A stretch of DNA of 64,000 bases from the human T2T-CHM13v2.0 reference genome, Homo sapiens (GCF_009914755.1 NC_060939.1); one strand, 5' to 3'. Numbered from the stretch's first letter, positions 27,165 to 42,417 are shown. Program-made: numbers and translations. Notes: a model not told the origin generated them from the sequence alone.

Positions 27165-28995
27165 TAGCCAGCTGCTCTCTTGTCTTCTCAAGAAGCAATC
27201 TCAAAACAATAAATCGACTCCTGATTCCTAGCATTTGCCCATTTCTGTGGTATAAACTTTCTCACCATGACCAATTTCAAGCCACCAATGTAATGTCACT
27301 GAACACAGAGTTGGGAAGAGAATGGACATGGCACACCATTAGATTGTATTCCCAACACACAAATACAACTGATGCAAAAAACCTCAAGAGTATAGTTCAT
27401 AGTGAAATAATTCGGAAGTAATGACTTCAATCTGCTCTCTTGTCTGTGTCAGGACAATTGTACCCTGTGTCCCACAGGTACAGACAGACCTTGCTGTCCT
27501 CCTATGAGCATGCCAACCCTCTGAGGGAGGCTGATGGAATGGGACAAGCGAAAGCTCTCACCACGGCCTCCCTTCTCGTTTTCCCCTGGGTCCCCCAGCT
27601 TGTGTAGGCAGTTGGGGCACAGACGGGCCCCCACACAGCCTGTCTTCAGCCACAGTCGCATGCCTTAGGGCTGAGGATCATAAAAGTGTTTTCCCCCAGT
27701 GCTACCTGTGACATTTGACATCAGTCAGTGTTATCTTTGCAAAACTTATACTCTCCTCGAAGTGTTGTTTCTCTGAGTCGCCTCACCCATTATCCAGGCT
27801 AATGGAAGAATTGAAAACATATGATTCCAACCGTTGTCATGTTTCCCAAACTGATATTCCACAGAAGGTTTTTGTGGGAGATATTAATAGGTGTGCATAT
27901 TAATAAGGGACCCGGGGTCAAATAAGTTTAGGAAATGCTGTGGAATACATCACATCAGTATAAGCACAGTAAAATGATTACATCTCTGAGAAAACTTAAG
28001 ATAAAGCAAATAGATGTTGAACTCAGTGTTTCCCAAACATAAAACACTAACTAATATCCCACCACACCAGGCACGCATGAGAGAGGAAGTCAATTTCAGC
28101 CATTCAGGGCAGGAGAGGCCGCAGCCTGCAGTCTGGAAGGCCCCTTCTCTCTGGCTCTGCTGGAACCTGACGCTGATTCCTGGGCAGGACGAGAGTCTGG
28201 GCTGGCTCGGACTTAATTTTTGTCCTCTCAGGGTTCCTTATGAAGTCCCACACTTTTCCGGTACAGTATTTAAATATGCTGTGGCTATAGCGTGCTCATT
28301 TGGGGGTCCTCTTTCCTAGTTTTTAGTGTCAACAAAACAGGAAGAGGAAATTGTTTTCTATCCTCACTCGAAATCCTGTCTTTATTCTCCAGCTCAAGCA
28401 GTTTTTATTTTCTTCATAGTATTTCCCCACTTCACCTTTGAACCTCTTGATTAAGATTAGAATTCTTGGATGACCTGATTTACATTTCACCTAAATCAGA
28501 CGATTATTTCCAAATATTGCAACAGTATGTCCTCGAAGTTTATTCTATTTATGATGTAATAACTACAGACATGACATATTAAACTTAATCTGTCTTCATT
28601 CATGTTTTCTCCCTCACTTACTTAGGTTTCAAATCAACAAAGCAATAAATCGAGCCCTGATTCCTAGCATTTGCCCATTTCTGTAGTATAAACTTTCTCA
28701 CCATGGCCAATTTCAAGCCACCAATGTAATGTCACTGAACACAGAGTTGGGAAGAAAATGGACATGGCACACCATTAGATTGTATTCCTAACACACAAAT
28801 ACAATTGATGCAAAAAACCTCAAGAGTATAGTTCACAGTGAAATAATTAGGAAGTAATAAGCTCTAGTATTTGTTACCTTTTTTAAATATCTACTTAATT
28901 GTAAATTCTAATTTTTAATAATGAGCATGTTTAACAACTGGCTGGAATTTTAAACTGGCTTTTCAACAAAGTACAAGCTGCCTTCAGCGCAGCAC
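27165..28995 (-). mobile_element. MER63-like hAT DNA transposon, split, with 216-bp duplication (27207-27422 / 28643-28858)
   Basis: ccatggccaatttcaagccaccaatg...gagttgggaaga...ttaacaactggct resembles MER63; the duplicated blocks are 207/216 identical. Confidence 0.7.
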
Positions 28996-28999
28996 TGTA

Positions 29000-29226
29000 C
29001 AGATTGAGTATTCCTTATCCTAAATGCTTGGGACTAGAAGCGTGTTGGATTTTTTTGGATTTTGCAATATTTGCGCTATACTTACCTGTTGCATATCTCA
29101 AATCTGAAAATCCAAAATCCAGAATACTCATGAGCATTTCCATTGAGCATCATGTTGGTGCCCAAAAAGTTTCAGATCTTGGTGCATTTCAGGTTTCAGA
29201 TTTTTGGATTTGAGATGCTCAATCTG
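29000..29226. mobile_element. Tigger4/MER46-type MITE
   Basis: TIRs cagattgagtat / atgctcaatctg flanked by TA on both sides. Confidence 0.8.
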
Positions 29227-29348
29227 TATTTTTCCAAAAATTCTTGTCCCTTATAGGGAGAATAAGCTATAGACAGACAAGCTCTGTGTTATCTTTTGAG
29301 ACTTTGGAGACAGGAAAAGGGAAATTACATTTTCTATGTGTCTTTCAG

Positions 29349-29518
29349 ATGGGTCGGTCAGTGAGCCAGATATGGCGGCCAATTTCTGCCCTGACCACAA
29401 GGCACCTATGGTGCTGTTCTTGGACCGCGTTTATGGCATTAAGGATCAAACTTTTCTGCTCCACTTGCTGGAGGTTGGATTTTTACCTGACCTAAGAGCT
29501 TCTGCCTCTCTAGATACA
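29349..29518 (+). CDS. RYR3: RYR3 exon F ([29 protein letters not shown]...RASASLDT)
   Basis: ctttcag acceptor; ACA|gtaagt donor; 170 nt. Confidence 0.95.
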
Positions 29519-29744
29519 GTAAGTTGCAAAAATAACAAAAAATTATTGTTCCCATCATTGTGAAATGAGTAATGTTGGACTTCGAAGCAAATATTTTCTC
29601 TTTACTCACCAATTACATTTTAATAGCTTACTTTAATGGGTGAGAAAATAGAGGTATCATGAAATGGAAGATCTTAATTTATTGGGCCAGAGACTTAGAT
29701 ATAGGTCAATTTGACCCCAAATCCAACTCCCTCAATTGCAGAGT

Positions 29745-29930
29745 TTTTTTAACCTTGACAGTAAATGTTAAGGGGCTATCCTGTGCATTGTAGAACGTGT
29801 AGCAACATCCCTGGCCTCTACCCACTAGATATCAGTAGCACCCCAGTTCACCGCGAATCCCTGCCAAAATCAATTTCAGATATCACCAGATGTCCCCTCG
29901 GGGACAAAATCACCCTCTGGTGAGACCGTG
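29745..29930. mobile_element. MER20-like DNA transposon
   Basis: cctgtgcattgtag...agcaacatccctggcctctacccactagat...tgtcccctcggggacaaaatcaccc. Confidence 0.75.
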
Positions 29931-31979
29931 TCTCTATTGCCTTTGAAAAAGGCTGGCTGGCAACATTATAGGCTGACATTACTCTTCACACTCTCGCTTC
30001 TTAGTTTCATGTACTGACCACCAGGATGGATAGGTCTGAAGCCAGGGGCCTGACGAAGGTCAATACAAGAGGACAAAGGCAAATATAAGTTTGGAAATCA
30101 AGGGTGAGATAGATAAGGTAGTTCACCATCAACAAACATCAAGAGAGGAGGCCCCTAGAGTTACAAAGCTCAGATACGAGATGCCACAAGTCAGAACTAA
30201 GCAGAAAAAGGTACACCAGGAGTCATAGGTCCAAGGAGAAAAGACAAACTAGATCTGCGTAAGTCTAAAAAACATCTTTCCAGTTTAGTGTTGTTTTTAG
30301 TTATAACATTTCTCAAAGGCTCCACCTGGTGTCCAACAGAGACAGAAATCTGAGCTCTGTGATGGGTTGTCAGCGGCAAATACCTTAACTTGGATGGATT
30401 CCACCTGCATGGGTTATCCAGAAATGGAAAGAAATATGAGCCCCAACCTGAGTGGGAGCTGCATTCCCATGTGTGGTATGGTGATGATAAATGGTATATA
30501 TGACAGTATTAGGGTATACGATCCCTAATACTGAATAACCCAGTCTAACCCAATGTTTTGATATAATAAAACAATGAATAATTTTTTATTCATAATGAAT
30601 AATTATGAATAATTATTTGTGAATAATTATTTGTGAATAATTAAAACAATGCTTCTGCCACTGCTGTTGTTTTGAACTTTTCTATAAATTATTTGATTTT
30701 AAAAATAATTTTCTTAACTCATGGGATCTCCCCAAGCTTCCTGATCAAATAATTTAATGTTTTTATAAATCAAATAAACAGCAAATGCTATTCTAGTATC
30801 TGGTGTTCAATCACATGTTTGTCCAAACACCATCTACAACAAAAAGGTGTTATATTCAGTTCATTAACACATAGACATTCATGCATTCTCTTTTGAAAAC
30901 TTATAATCTACTGAAATCAAAGCTCTGTCCTTTCTCGTTTTAAGTCTGTATATTAAAGTGATAAATGTGAAAGATTAGCTGTTTCTCCCAGCATGATTAC
31001 TGAAGTTTCTAGGAGACAAACTTGATAATTTAGATAATTTATAGGAACAATGAGACATGTATATAGTTCAAAGAAAATGGTTTTTCAAATCATAAGTTAT
31101 ATAAAGTGTGTTACAGATAGAATGACTGCAGGAATCACAGGAAATGGCAATATTTCATCTCTGTGGATCTCAAGGTTTCTTTCGAAAGTTCTATAGTTTT
31201 CAAAGATGGTGGTAAAGCATGCTTTGGCTATACTTAGTGTCACTAAATGGGTTTTCCTTGTATTCCATTCATCCGTCTAAATGTACATCAAAGAGCATTG
31301 TAAGCAAGAACTATGTTAGAGTTGTACAGAAGGTCCCAAGTTTCTGTTCCTTTTCCACGTTGCCCATGCAGAGTCAGGTTCCCTTTAGTGGGGTCTACTC
31401 TAATGTCAGTATTGATTGTGAATTGCTCTAAGTGCTCACCAATTAACTGAAAGGAGTCAGAGTTCCACTTTCGCTTTCACAAAACTGGTGAATTTGAGAA
31501 ACTGCTTGGCCTATAACCATTCACTAATCTTACAGTTGTAAAATTACAGTGTGTGAGTCCCTGGTAGGTGAGAAAAGAGAGCGAAAACCAGAATAGTAAT
31601 GTAGTATCCTGGCAACTAGACTTTGCAAGCATCAAAATGTTGGGTTAGACTGGCCATCAGCTGATTTTAATGAGTTCAAAATTCTTTTGAAGGGAACAGA
31701 TATTTATAGGATCATTTGGGAAGACTTAGAGCCAGCTAGCCTTTGTTATGATTTTTTTGTGTGTTTTTTTTTTGTTCTTTCTTTTAACTTGATTTTTTTT
31801 CATTGAAAATGCAAAAAGAAAAATAGAACTGCCGATAAGGTAGAAAGTTGTTCACTGCCTTGCTATGCAACGTGGACATATATAAGCTCCCACAGCTTGC
31901 TACATGGGAACTCTGTGCAGAGCCAGCTTTGCTCTGTTCCTCAGGGCAATTAACCTGTGTCCCAATCTTCTTTCTCTAG

Positions 31980-32200
31980 GTTTCCCTAAGCACCACAGAG
32001 GCTGCGCTTGCACTAAATAGGTATATATGTTCTGCTGTGCTCCCGCTCCTCACAAGATGTGCCCCTCTCTTTGCCGGAACAGAACACTGCACCTCTCTGA
32101 TTGATTCCACACTGCAGACAATATACAGGCTATCCAAGGGACGTTCCCTCACCAAAGCACAAAGGGACACTATAGAAGAATGTTTGCTTGCCATTTGCAA
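31980..32200 (+). CDS. RYR3: RYR3 exon G ([31 protein letters not shown]...IEECLLAIC)
   Basis: ttctctag acceptor; CAA|gtaagt donor; 221 nt; translated by hand. Confidence 0.95.
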
Positions 32201-32605
32201 GTAAGTACATATCCTATGTTGTTACTTCTGTGTATGCATCCAGGTCAACTGCATTTTCCTATGTAATCTAAAAACTGGTGGTCTAGTCTAAGGAAGCTTC
32301 CAGGCCATTGTCATACACCAGCCCTCCCCCAGACATCTCATAGGATGTGCTCGGCTCCCCTATTTGCCACAGGCTCTTCCTTGAGGCTCATCTTTCCCTT
32401 TGGGGGAAGGGAGAGGGCACAGCTCAGGCTTTACCCATTACGGTTGATGGACCAGAAGACTATTTCAGGCCTAAACTGTTCAGATTAAGGGCTGTCTTCA
32501 TTCTCTTCATTCTCAAGATAGAGCCAGAAGCAGATGTGTCTGTCCTCTACATGAGCATATCTTACATAGAAGCCAGACTCTGAGTGTGAATAAAAGCAAC
32601 CTACC

Positions 32606-32992
<387 letters not shown>

Positions 32993-33539
32993 TTATGACT
33001 GCAGATGGGCATCAGAGCCAGCTGAGGACAAAAGGTAAAGTCACCCCAAGAGCCTTGGGTCTTCAGGAATCTAAGTCAAGTCTGGTAGAATCCAAGGAAG
33101 ACGACCCTTTCAACAGGTCTTAGCAGCACAGGCCAAGACTATGATCTGCTATTTTTCAGCCAGTGTTTTTCCTTCTCACCTGCATATCAGAAATGCCTGA
33201 TGAGTTACGAAATAAATATCCCAGTGCCCAGGCCACATCCGAGCCCAAAAAGTCAAAACTGTTAGGGATGGGACCCAAGATTCTGGCTTTTGAAGCTTCC
33301 CAAGTGATTCCAATATGTAGTCCAGATTAGGAATCACTGCTGTAGGGCACTCCAGAGAGAGGATCAACAGCCTTCCCCCTTTAGGGGCCAGCTGAGTATG
33401 GTCTTGATTTCTTGTTGAATGAGTTCTTTTCTAATCACAGATGAAATTACTATGCATTGGGGAGCTAGGGCTACCTGGAAAAAAAAACTCATCGGTCCTC
33501 ACATCGATGTGAGTAGAACATCACACCAAAAGGTAATCT

Positions 33540-34420
33540 CAGCAATGAGATAGCACTACACACATATCAGAATGGCCAAAATGCAGAACACTGACACCAC
33601 CAAATGCTGACAAGGATGTGGAACAACAGGAACTCTCATTCATTGCTGGTGGGAGTGACAATGGTATAGTCACTTTGGAAAGTAGTTTGTCAGTTTCTTA
33701 CAAAACTAAATATACTCTTAACTATATGATTCAACTATCTTACTCCTTGGTTTTTTTACCCAAATGAGTTGGAAACTTATGTCCATACAAAAACCTGTAT
33801 GCAGATGCTTGTAGCAGCTTTATTCATAATTGCCAAAACTTGGGAGCAATCAAGATGTTTCTGAGTGGGCGAATGGATAAATAAACTGTGGTACATCAGA
33901 CCATGGAATTTATTCAGTGCTAAAAAGAAATGAGCTATCAAGCAATGAAAATACATACAGGAACCTTAAACCCATATTACTAAGTGCAAGAAGCTAATCC
34001 GAAAAGGCTACATGCTGTATGATTCCAACTATATGGCTTTCCGGAAAAGGCAAAGCTAAGGAAACAGTGAAAAGATCAGTGGTGTCAGGGGTTGGGGGAG
34101 GGAGAGATGAACAGGCTGAGCACAGAGAATTTTTAGGGCAGTGGAAACAGTATAATGATGGATGTATGTCATTAAATACTTGTCCAAACCAATAGAATGT
34201 ACAACACCAAGAGTGAACCCTAATGTAAATTATGAAATTTGGGTGATAACGATGTTTCAATATAAGTTTATCAGTTGTCACAAATGTGCCACTGGTGAGG
34301 GATAATGATAATGGGGAAGGCTGTGCCTGTATGGGGCCAGGGATATATGAGAACTCTGAGTACCCTTTGCTCAATTTTGCTGTGAACCGAAAACTGCTCT
34401 GAAAAATAAAGCCTGTTACA
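33540..34420 (+). mobile_element. Old L1 (L1MC/MD-type) 3' fragment
   Basis: caaggatgtggaacaacaggaactctcattcattgctggtggg...tgctcaattttgctgtgaacc...aataaa. Confidence 0.8.
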
Positions 34421-35183
34421 AAACAGTTTTAAAATGTTGTAAAAAGGATAATCTCATGCTTATATTTCAAATATAACAATGATCACTATGTTTAAAATGC
34501 TTTTTAAAATTAAGCTGTATCTACTGTCTTTGTATTGTCTAAGGCCTACAGGCTTTAACTGTTTTATGGAACAAGCTGTGTCATTGCATGGTATTATTTT
34601 CTTGGGGTGGGGAGTAAAGGCTGGTTGATGGGAAGGAGGCCTCGACCCAGGCCCCAAAAAGGGTTTTCTCCCAGAGATCTCCTTCCCAAACCAGGCCTAA
34701 TATTATGTTACTGCTTCATTCAACACAAGATTTTTATGATAACTGGCAGACAATTAAGCTAATTAGAATATTTTTGATCTTTCAAGAGAGACAAATTTCA
34801 GTGGACACACCAATTAACCTCCAGGAATTAATAAGGTACCTAGGTTTTGCACTTTGCCGCTTCAAAAGGAAGATTAATGCCCCATTATTTGTTTTTATGA
34901 GCCTCTATTTTCTTAATGGTAGAAAATGGAGTAAATAATGAGTTTACACAAAAAGAAATCGTTTCCATCAGCTTTAATTTGTAATTGGTTGGTAATGCAT
35001 CAATAACAGCTGCAATCGTGTTCCACCTTTTGCTGGAGCTGAACTCCAGGTGTATTTTAGAAACCACATCAACCAAGGACCCCTGCCTCCCAACATAAGC
35101 TGTTTCCTAATAACAAAGTCGCATTGGTGAGACTGATTTGAGCTGCAAATATTTCTAAAGAATCAGACTTTGGAGAAATTCGA

Positions 35184-35494
35184 TTTTTTTTTCTTTTTTT
35201 TTTTTTTTTTTGAGACAGAGTCTCGCTCTGTCGCCCAGGTTGGAGTGCAGTGGTGCCATCTCCACTCTCTGCAAACTCCGCCTCCCAGGTTCACACAATT
35301 CTCCTGCCTCAGCCTCCTAAGTAGCTGGGACTATAGGCACCCGCCACCACGCCTGGCTAATTTTTTGTATTTTTAGTAGAAAAAGGGCTTCACCATGTTA
35401 GCCAGGCTGGTCTCGAACTCCTGACCTCAGGTGATCACCCCACCTTGATCTCTCGAAGTGCTGAGATTACAGGCGTGAGCCACCGCGCCTGGCC
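35184..35494 (-). mobile_element. Alu (S/Y)
   Basis: Full antisense Alu; TSD gagaaattcga / gagaaattgga. Confidence 0.92.
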
Positions 35495-36737
35495 GAGAAA
35501 TTGGAATTTTACATCAAACAAAAAGTAGAGCTCACAGCCCTATTACTGTACTTTTAGAGCTTTTCTTCTTGATCACTTGAGCTCTAGATGTAGCAGGCAA
35601 ACTGATACTTAACTAGGTTTTTTCATTGTTTATTTTAATAAGTCAGGAATTCACAGAATTACAGACTTATTGCACTCTTTGTATTCAAGTTAGTGAATCT
35701 TAGGTGACAATTGCTAATTAGCTGAATAATTGAAACATTGAGTGATTTTTGCATTCTAACTATTGGATTCTGAGACAAGGCTACTTACTTGCTGTGTATT
35801 TTCACCCTGGGGCTTTTTATCACAAGGCCAGCTCCAGAAACAGTTGTGAAACAGACGACTTTTGTTCTCCATCTGCATACATCCTTCTTATTGTAGATGC
35901 TCCAAGGATTTCTTCCCTGGCATTCCAACATTTAACAAAGGGGTGTCAGCTTTACCTCCTTAGCTCCTTAGGCAATAGTGGAAAAAATCCAGGGATTCAT
36001 GAGCTGAACTTATATACCAAATTGTGTTTATGTGTGTACACCTTTCTCTGGAGAAAACCATAGGTTCCACTAGGTTTTTTTTAAAGTTTGGCAATGTAAA
36101 AAAAGCAAAATTCGTGTTGCTTATCTCTCCTTTCTCTACCTCAAAATTTATTTGTGCCATGAACTCTGTAATTTGATAGATTATTCTTTAAATAGTTACT
36201 GTGTTTGCCTATTAACGGAGTTGTTTTGAGAACAAAGCCTTACCCCAAACAAATGATTCCAGTAGTGAGAATTTCATGGCCCAGATCATAAGGCGGAGGG
36301 CTTTAAAGTTCTCTTCAAATCGCACCAGTAGGTGGCCTCAGATTCCACCTGTGCAGCTGCTCAACGCCAGTTTCTCCCTCTGCAGAGTTCAGGGGACCTT
36401 AGAGATGACTAGAAAATGAACTGCACCTTCTTTCTGTTATATTCTTTGCACATAATCAGTGACTATATTTTGAGTATGCATATATCCTAGAACATTTTGT
36501 CACATAGCAATTAGAATTCCACTTCGGGTATCCCAATTCATTAGCACTCTTTTTCTGAATTTTAACTGTACTCTTTTCAAGTGTTTCATCATCTACTCTT
36601 GTTTATCCGAGATCTTGTGTATTAGGAGCTGTTTTGAGGCTTGGCTGTAATATGCTTATTGTTCAGTGTTTCTTTCATTCCTCCTTTATTATTATGTTTT
36701 CATTTTATTTATCTACGTTTGTCATTTCATACTGCAG

Positions 36738-36828
36738 TCACTTGAGGCCTTCCATGTTACAGCAACTCCTGCGACGCCTCGTTTTTGATGTGCCGCAACT
36801 CAATGAATACTGCAAAATGCCTCTCAAG
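36738..36828 (+). CDS. RYR3: RYR3 exon H ([30 protein letters not shown])
   Basis: ctgcag acceptor; AAG|gtaaac donor; 91 nt. Confidence 0.95.
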
Positions 36829-37233
36829 GTAAACATCACTATTGTTACAGAAATACAGTCTATTGCACAGGAAACTTGCCTTGTAATATGTGATGTCTTC
36901 ACAATTTAGAAGGAAAAATACATGCTAAATGGGTTTTACTCCCTTAAGTTGATGGTTAGCTAACAAGATACATCCCACAAAACCAAGTCCTTTCTTGAAT
37001 GCCGAGGTTGAAGAAAATTGCTCCAATTTTCTTTAACTGCTTTCCACTGACTGCTTGATATTTAGCTGCATTTAATACGGGGACTTAGATTTTGTGCTTC
37101 CCCAATGTAATTAGGTTTTCAGAATGTGTTCATCTCAAAAAGCTTTGAAGGCCCTGTGGTTTTTCATTAAATTGATTAAAATGTCCCTTTTCTATTCCAT
37201 ACTGTTTTGTGCTTTTCTTCTTTGTAAGAAATC

Positions 37234-37762
<529 letters not shown>

Positions 37763-38950
37763 TTCCCTTTTTTTTATTGTCTTGTTTCTGGTTTTCTCAT
37801 AAATTACAAATATTTTATCACTAGAGGCATCTGGGCCTGGTGGGAGGACACCAGAATCAGTCATCCACCCAAGCAGACAGTGTTTTTTACCTTTTATCTC
37901 TGAGGCACCTGCCATATTCCCATATGCAAAAGTGTTAGCAATGGCTAGCCACACCTGAAAATCCTACCTAATGATTTTAACAGCACTTTCCTTTATAGTC
38001 CAAGCGAGCATTTCAGGCAGCATTTTACTGTGCTAACAAGAATTCCCAGAGGGCTTTAGTTCAATCCCCTGTCTCCATGCCAGGCAGAAAACAGTTTGTA
38101 TGTTCTTAGAGATTCCACAGTCCTCCAAGGGCTAATTCTACTCTCTAGCAGCCCCAGTTTTCATCTCAAAAAAATACTTTAACTGAAAACCATAGTTAAA
38201 GTATTACCATCTTAATTTGGTATTGCTTCCTCTGCAAGCCTTTGCTGCCAGCTGGATACTGGCTTTGAAGAGGCATTATTGATATCACTCAATAAGCTCA
38301 CTTTTACCTCTCAAATCTGTGGGATTTTTCTTGGAGGACATGGATCACACCTGCTGGGATGGAAACATTACTGGTAACTTCTGCCCTCTACTGGCAAGAT
38401 GTGAAACTGCTGTAAAGTCACTGGGGTGTGAGAGAGGGGAGAGGGAGCGGGCACGGGGAGTGGGGGCAAGGAAACAACGGGTAGTAATTGACGAGAGAAA
38501 ATCTTCAGACCCACGACTTGCAGCCCACCATCCTCTCCCCATATCAGCATCCCCCAAAGATCTTCCAGAATTACAAGCAAAGGTCCCAGAAGAAATTATT
38601 TCCACCCCTGACTGGCTAGAACAGCTCACAGTGGCTACTTTCAGAAGGTAGCACTTTCTGGTGTGAACTAGAAACGGCTCCTCTCCATTTCCTAGTAACT
38701 GCTAGGGGGCACATTAGGAGGCATAAGAATTAATCAGGCAGATCCGCTCAGGCTCAAGCTGACTGTTCCCAGCTTGAGAGCAGACTGTTCCCAGCGGTGT
38801 TTGAAGGGCCTCTTTGTAGACAGCCCAGCTGTTTCGCATGTTTCATTCTCATGGTCTCTGCTTACTACTTGATTCTCTCCTGCATGTTTTTGATGCCTGT
38901 GGACTTTCTCTATGCCACCCCGCTGGTCTGTCCTGTTCTGCACCTCCCAG

Positions 38951-39091
38951 CTTCTGACGAATCACTATGAACAGTGTTGGAAGTATTACTGCCTGCCTTC
39001 AGGATGGGGGAGCTACGGGCTAGCTGTGGAAGAAGAGCTGCACCTAACGGAGAAGCTTTTCTGGGGGATTTTTGACTCGCTCTCCCATAAG
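38951..39091 (+). CDS. RYR3: RYR3 exon I ([20 protein letters not shown]...IFDSLSHK)
   Basis: ctcccag acceptor; AAG|gtaatg donor; 141 nt. Confidence 0.95.
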
Positions 39092-40332
39092 GTAATGACA
39101 GTACTTTCTGAACAAAAAGAGAGCATCTCAGTGCTCCAGCATCTACAGATAATAACAGCCGTCACCTGTTTAGCATTCCATTTGCCAGGACCTGTGCTAA
39201 GTACTTCACAAGCATATTACGCCAATCCTTGCCCATCTCTCTGAAATGGAAACTCTCAAAATCCTTATTTTACAGGTGAAGAAAAGCCTCAGAGTAGCTG
39301 AATAAATTTTCACATTCACAAAGCTGTACGAGGGAAAGTGACTACCAGAGTGAATTCCACACAGATCATCTGATGTCAGTCTTTGATGTCTTACCTCCCC
39401 ATTCGTTTCCCCCTGATTTGGTGTGGCTCCTGTCTGCCAACCTTCACTAGGCTCGAGCCAAGAGGAAAAGTCCTGACATCTGCTGTGATGGTGGGACAGG
39501 GGATTTCCAGAAGACCTTAAGCCATTCTGGGAGAGGTTCTTTGCAAGCACTCATTTGAGGAGGCTTCGAGTGAGAACTGAGAGCCTCTGAATCCCAGGCC
39601 TTACTTGAACGGTGTGATTGAAGTAGAGCTCTGACTCTTAGACTTTGCTCCACTTCCCCTAACCCAGTTTGTGAGGTCAGGAGCTTTAAAGGTAGAAAAT
39701 GAGTAGGTCTGGTTTTCTTAGAGAAATCTAGAACATGCACATAGCTTGTTCACCTGCACTTAAATTTTCTTTACCCCTGGATTTCGTTGGTCTAGTATAA
39801 GCAGATCAAAAGCTCTTCCCAACCCCATGCCATTTGACTGAAATTCATTTCTGGCTGGGTTCAAGAGAGAATGATGGATATTGAGCAGCCTGCTGATGAT
39901 GTCAACATATGACCCATATCAGCTACTGCAGAGCTTGGCACAGCTTACTGTGCCCTCTCCAGTTATAAGTTGGGTCCGTTTCTGTGACCATCCTTAGCAG
40001 ACAAGTTTATAGTCACCTTCTGGCCTAGCGCCTAGTCACTTTAACCCTTAGGTAGTCTTGAAATTAGTCATTTAGGAGATATTGATTTAAGCCTGTTTTA
40101 AGATTTTTCAACTTAAAGCAAATGGTGACTTGAGGATTTATAGTGTTATTTCATTTTCCAAGGATACCTGCATTTCCACCAGAAAATATTTAAGGGGTTA
40201 CACATTTCCCGTTTTGGTTAACCTGGATAAATGCGCGTATTTTATTTCTGTTTTCAGCTGATTGGTGATTGGTTCTGTCTAAAGGCATGGTTCTGCTTTC
40301 TCTACTAATGTGGCCTTGTTTTTCCCTCACAG

Positions 40333-40496
40333 AAATATGACCCAGATCTTTTCCGAATGGCCCTGCCTTGTCTCAGTGCTATAGCTGGGGCCTTGCCACC
40401 AGATTATTTAGATACCAGAATCACAGCCACGTTGGAGAAACAGATCTCAGTGGATGCGGATGGCAACTTTGACCCAAAACCTATTAACACCATGAA
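40333..40496 (+). CDS. RYR3: RYR3 exon J ([25 protein letters not shown]...[10 protein letters not shown])
   Basis: ctcacag acceptor; GAA|gtgagt donor; 164 nt. Confidence 0.95.
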
Positions 40497-42102
40497 GTGA
40501 GTCCAGAATCATCTCTGAGCTGGTGCTGTATTTTGTCCAATAGCCAATGTTTTCTTCCAGAGGGTAGCAAGAAATGTGAGCTTTACCTCTTTCCCTCCTG
40601 CCAACACTGTTCATCATTTCTCTTGATGTGTCAAGTCCCATCAGGCACAAGGTTTAATCCATACATATCTGTATTATTATATTCTGGGTTTTTGGTGGGG
40701 GAGGAAAGGGTTGGTTTATTTTTTACCAGAGATAGACGTTCCCACACATAAATATCTCCTGAGGCACTGAGAGAACTACCCTGACAAATTATGCAATTAA
40801 TTTATTAATGAGCTTTTTGACAATATCTTTGCTCATGGTGAATTAGGCTCATATGGTTCTAATAGCATCATACATCACAACAGCTCCATAAATAACACTC
40901 AGCTGTGTCCTGGCAAGGCTGCGGTGTGATGGCAGAACAGTGTGGGGTCCTCACTGGAAAAGCTGGACCTGCTCTTTGCCATGCCGAGGGATGCTGGAGC
41001 TTCAGAATAGCCCTACCATTGCACCTTTTACTTTCTCCCTGTAATTTTCCAGAATTTCTCACTGGTGTTGACTAGGCCATGGAGGTGTGCTTATCCCTTG
41101 GGCAAAATATTGCTAAGTTTTGGCTTGTGGTAGTTCTGCCCAGTTATGAATATGCGCTGTAGGGTATACAGTCAGCTCCAGGTGCATTTTAAATGAAGAG
41201 CTCTAAAACTGCTTCAGAGTGAGCAGGGAAAGTAAGCCTGAGCCTATATGAGCCCCTTGGACCTGTCCTTCATGGCAGTAGTTCTCAAATGAAAGCCTGA
41301 ACCCTTCCCAGGGGGACTGTCTGCTTTGATCATGTGTAACATTCGTCTTTGGGACAATTAAACACACATTCCGTTGGAAAGAGCTTTGAGCTGTGGGGAT
41401 GGTGAGACAGAATTGAAACTGCTGTTAAGTAAGAGGTAAGAAGCATGGTGAACCATCAAGCTTGGGCCAAAGAAGGCAGGTGCTGACTTGGGAGGGCTCT
41501 GCCTATAAAAAGGGAACAGTGCTAAAGAAAGACAAAGCAAATGGCGTAGTAACTTGGATGCTTTTGAAAACGTTCTGAGAAAACATTATACTCTAGCAAC
41601 TGTGTGTTAATGGCTCTGTGTTATTTTGAGAGTTCAGATTTATTCCAGTGTACCTGTGACATCAACATAGTTCCTTGAGGAATGTGAGGAATGGAGACTA
41701 ACCCTGGCTTAAGGAGAAAAGCACCTTATTGCAAGAATATGGGGTCATTATCAAGACCTAGTGAAAGGCCAACCTGGCCTTAGCACGCATAGTCACCAGG
41801 GAAGGACTGCAATCAGGCACAGGGAGGAAATCGACAATCTTCAGGTGTCCCCATTGGGTGAATCACCTTGAAGAATTTACTGCCCTAGTTTCACCCAACT
41901 CAAGACTTAAATTCCGTGGAGAGAAAGTCTGATTTGCCCAGTCATATGCCCATCCTTGGTGACAGTTCACATAACACTGCATGCAATATAAGAAGACTGT
42001 GCAATGCAAAGGGAATGTAGGTGCTGATACCAACAGAAGGGACAAGAGCTGTTTTCTGGGAAAACAGAAATAGCAGGTGTCTACTGTACTGCCAAAATTC
42101 TA

Positions 42103-42417
<315 letters not shown>

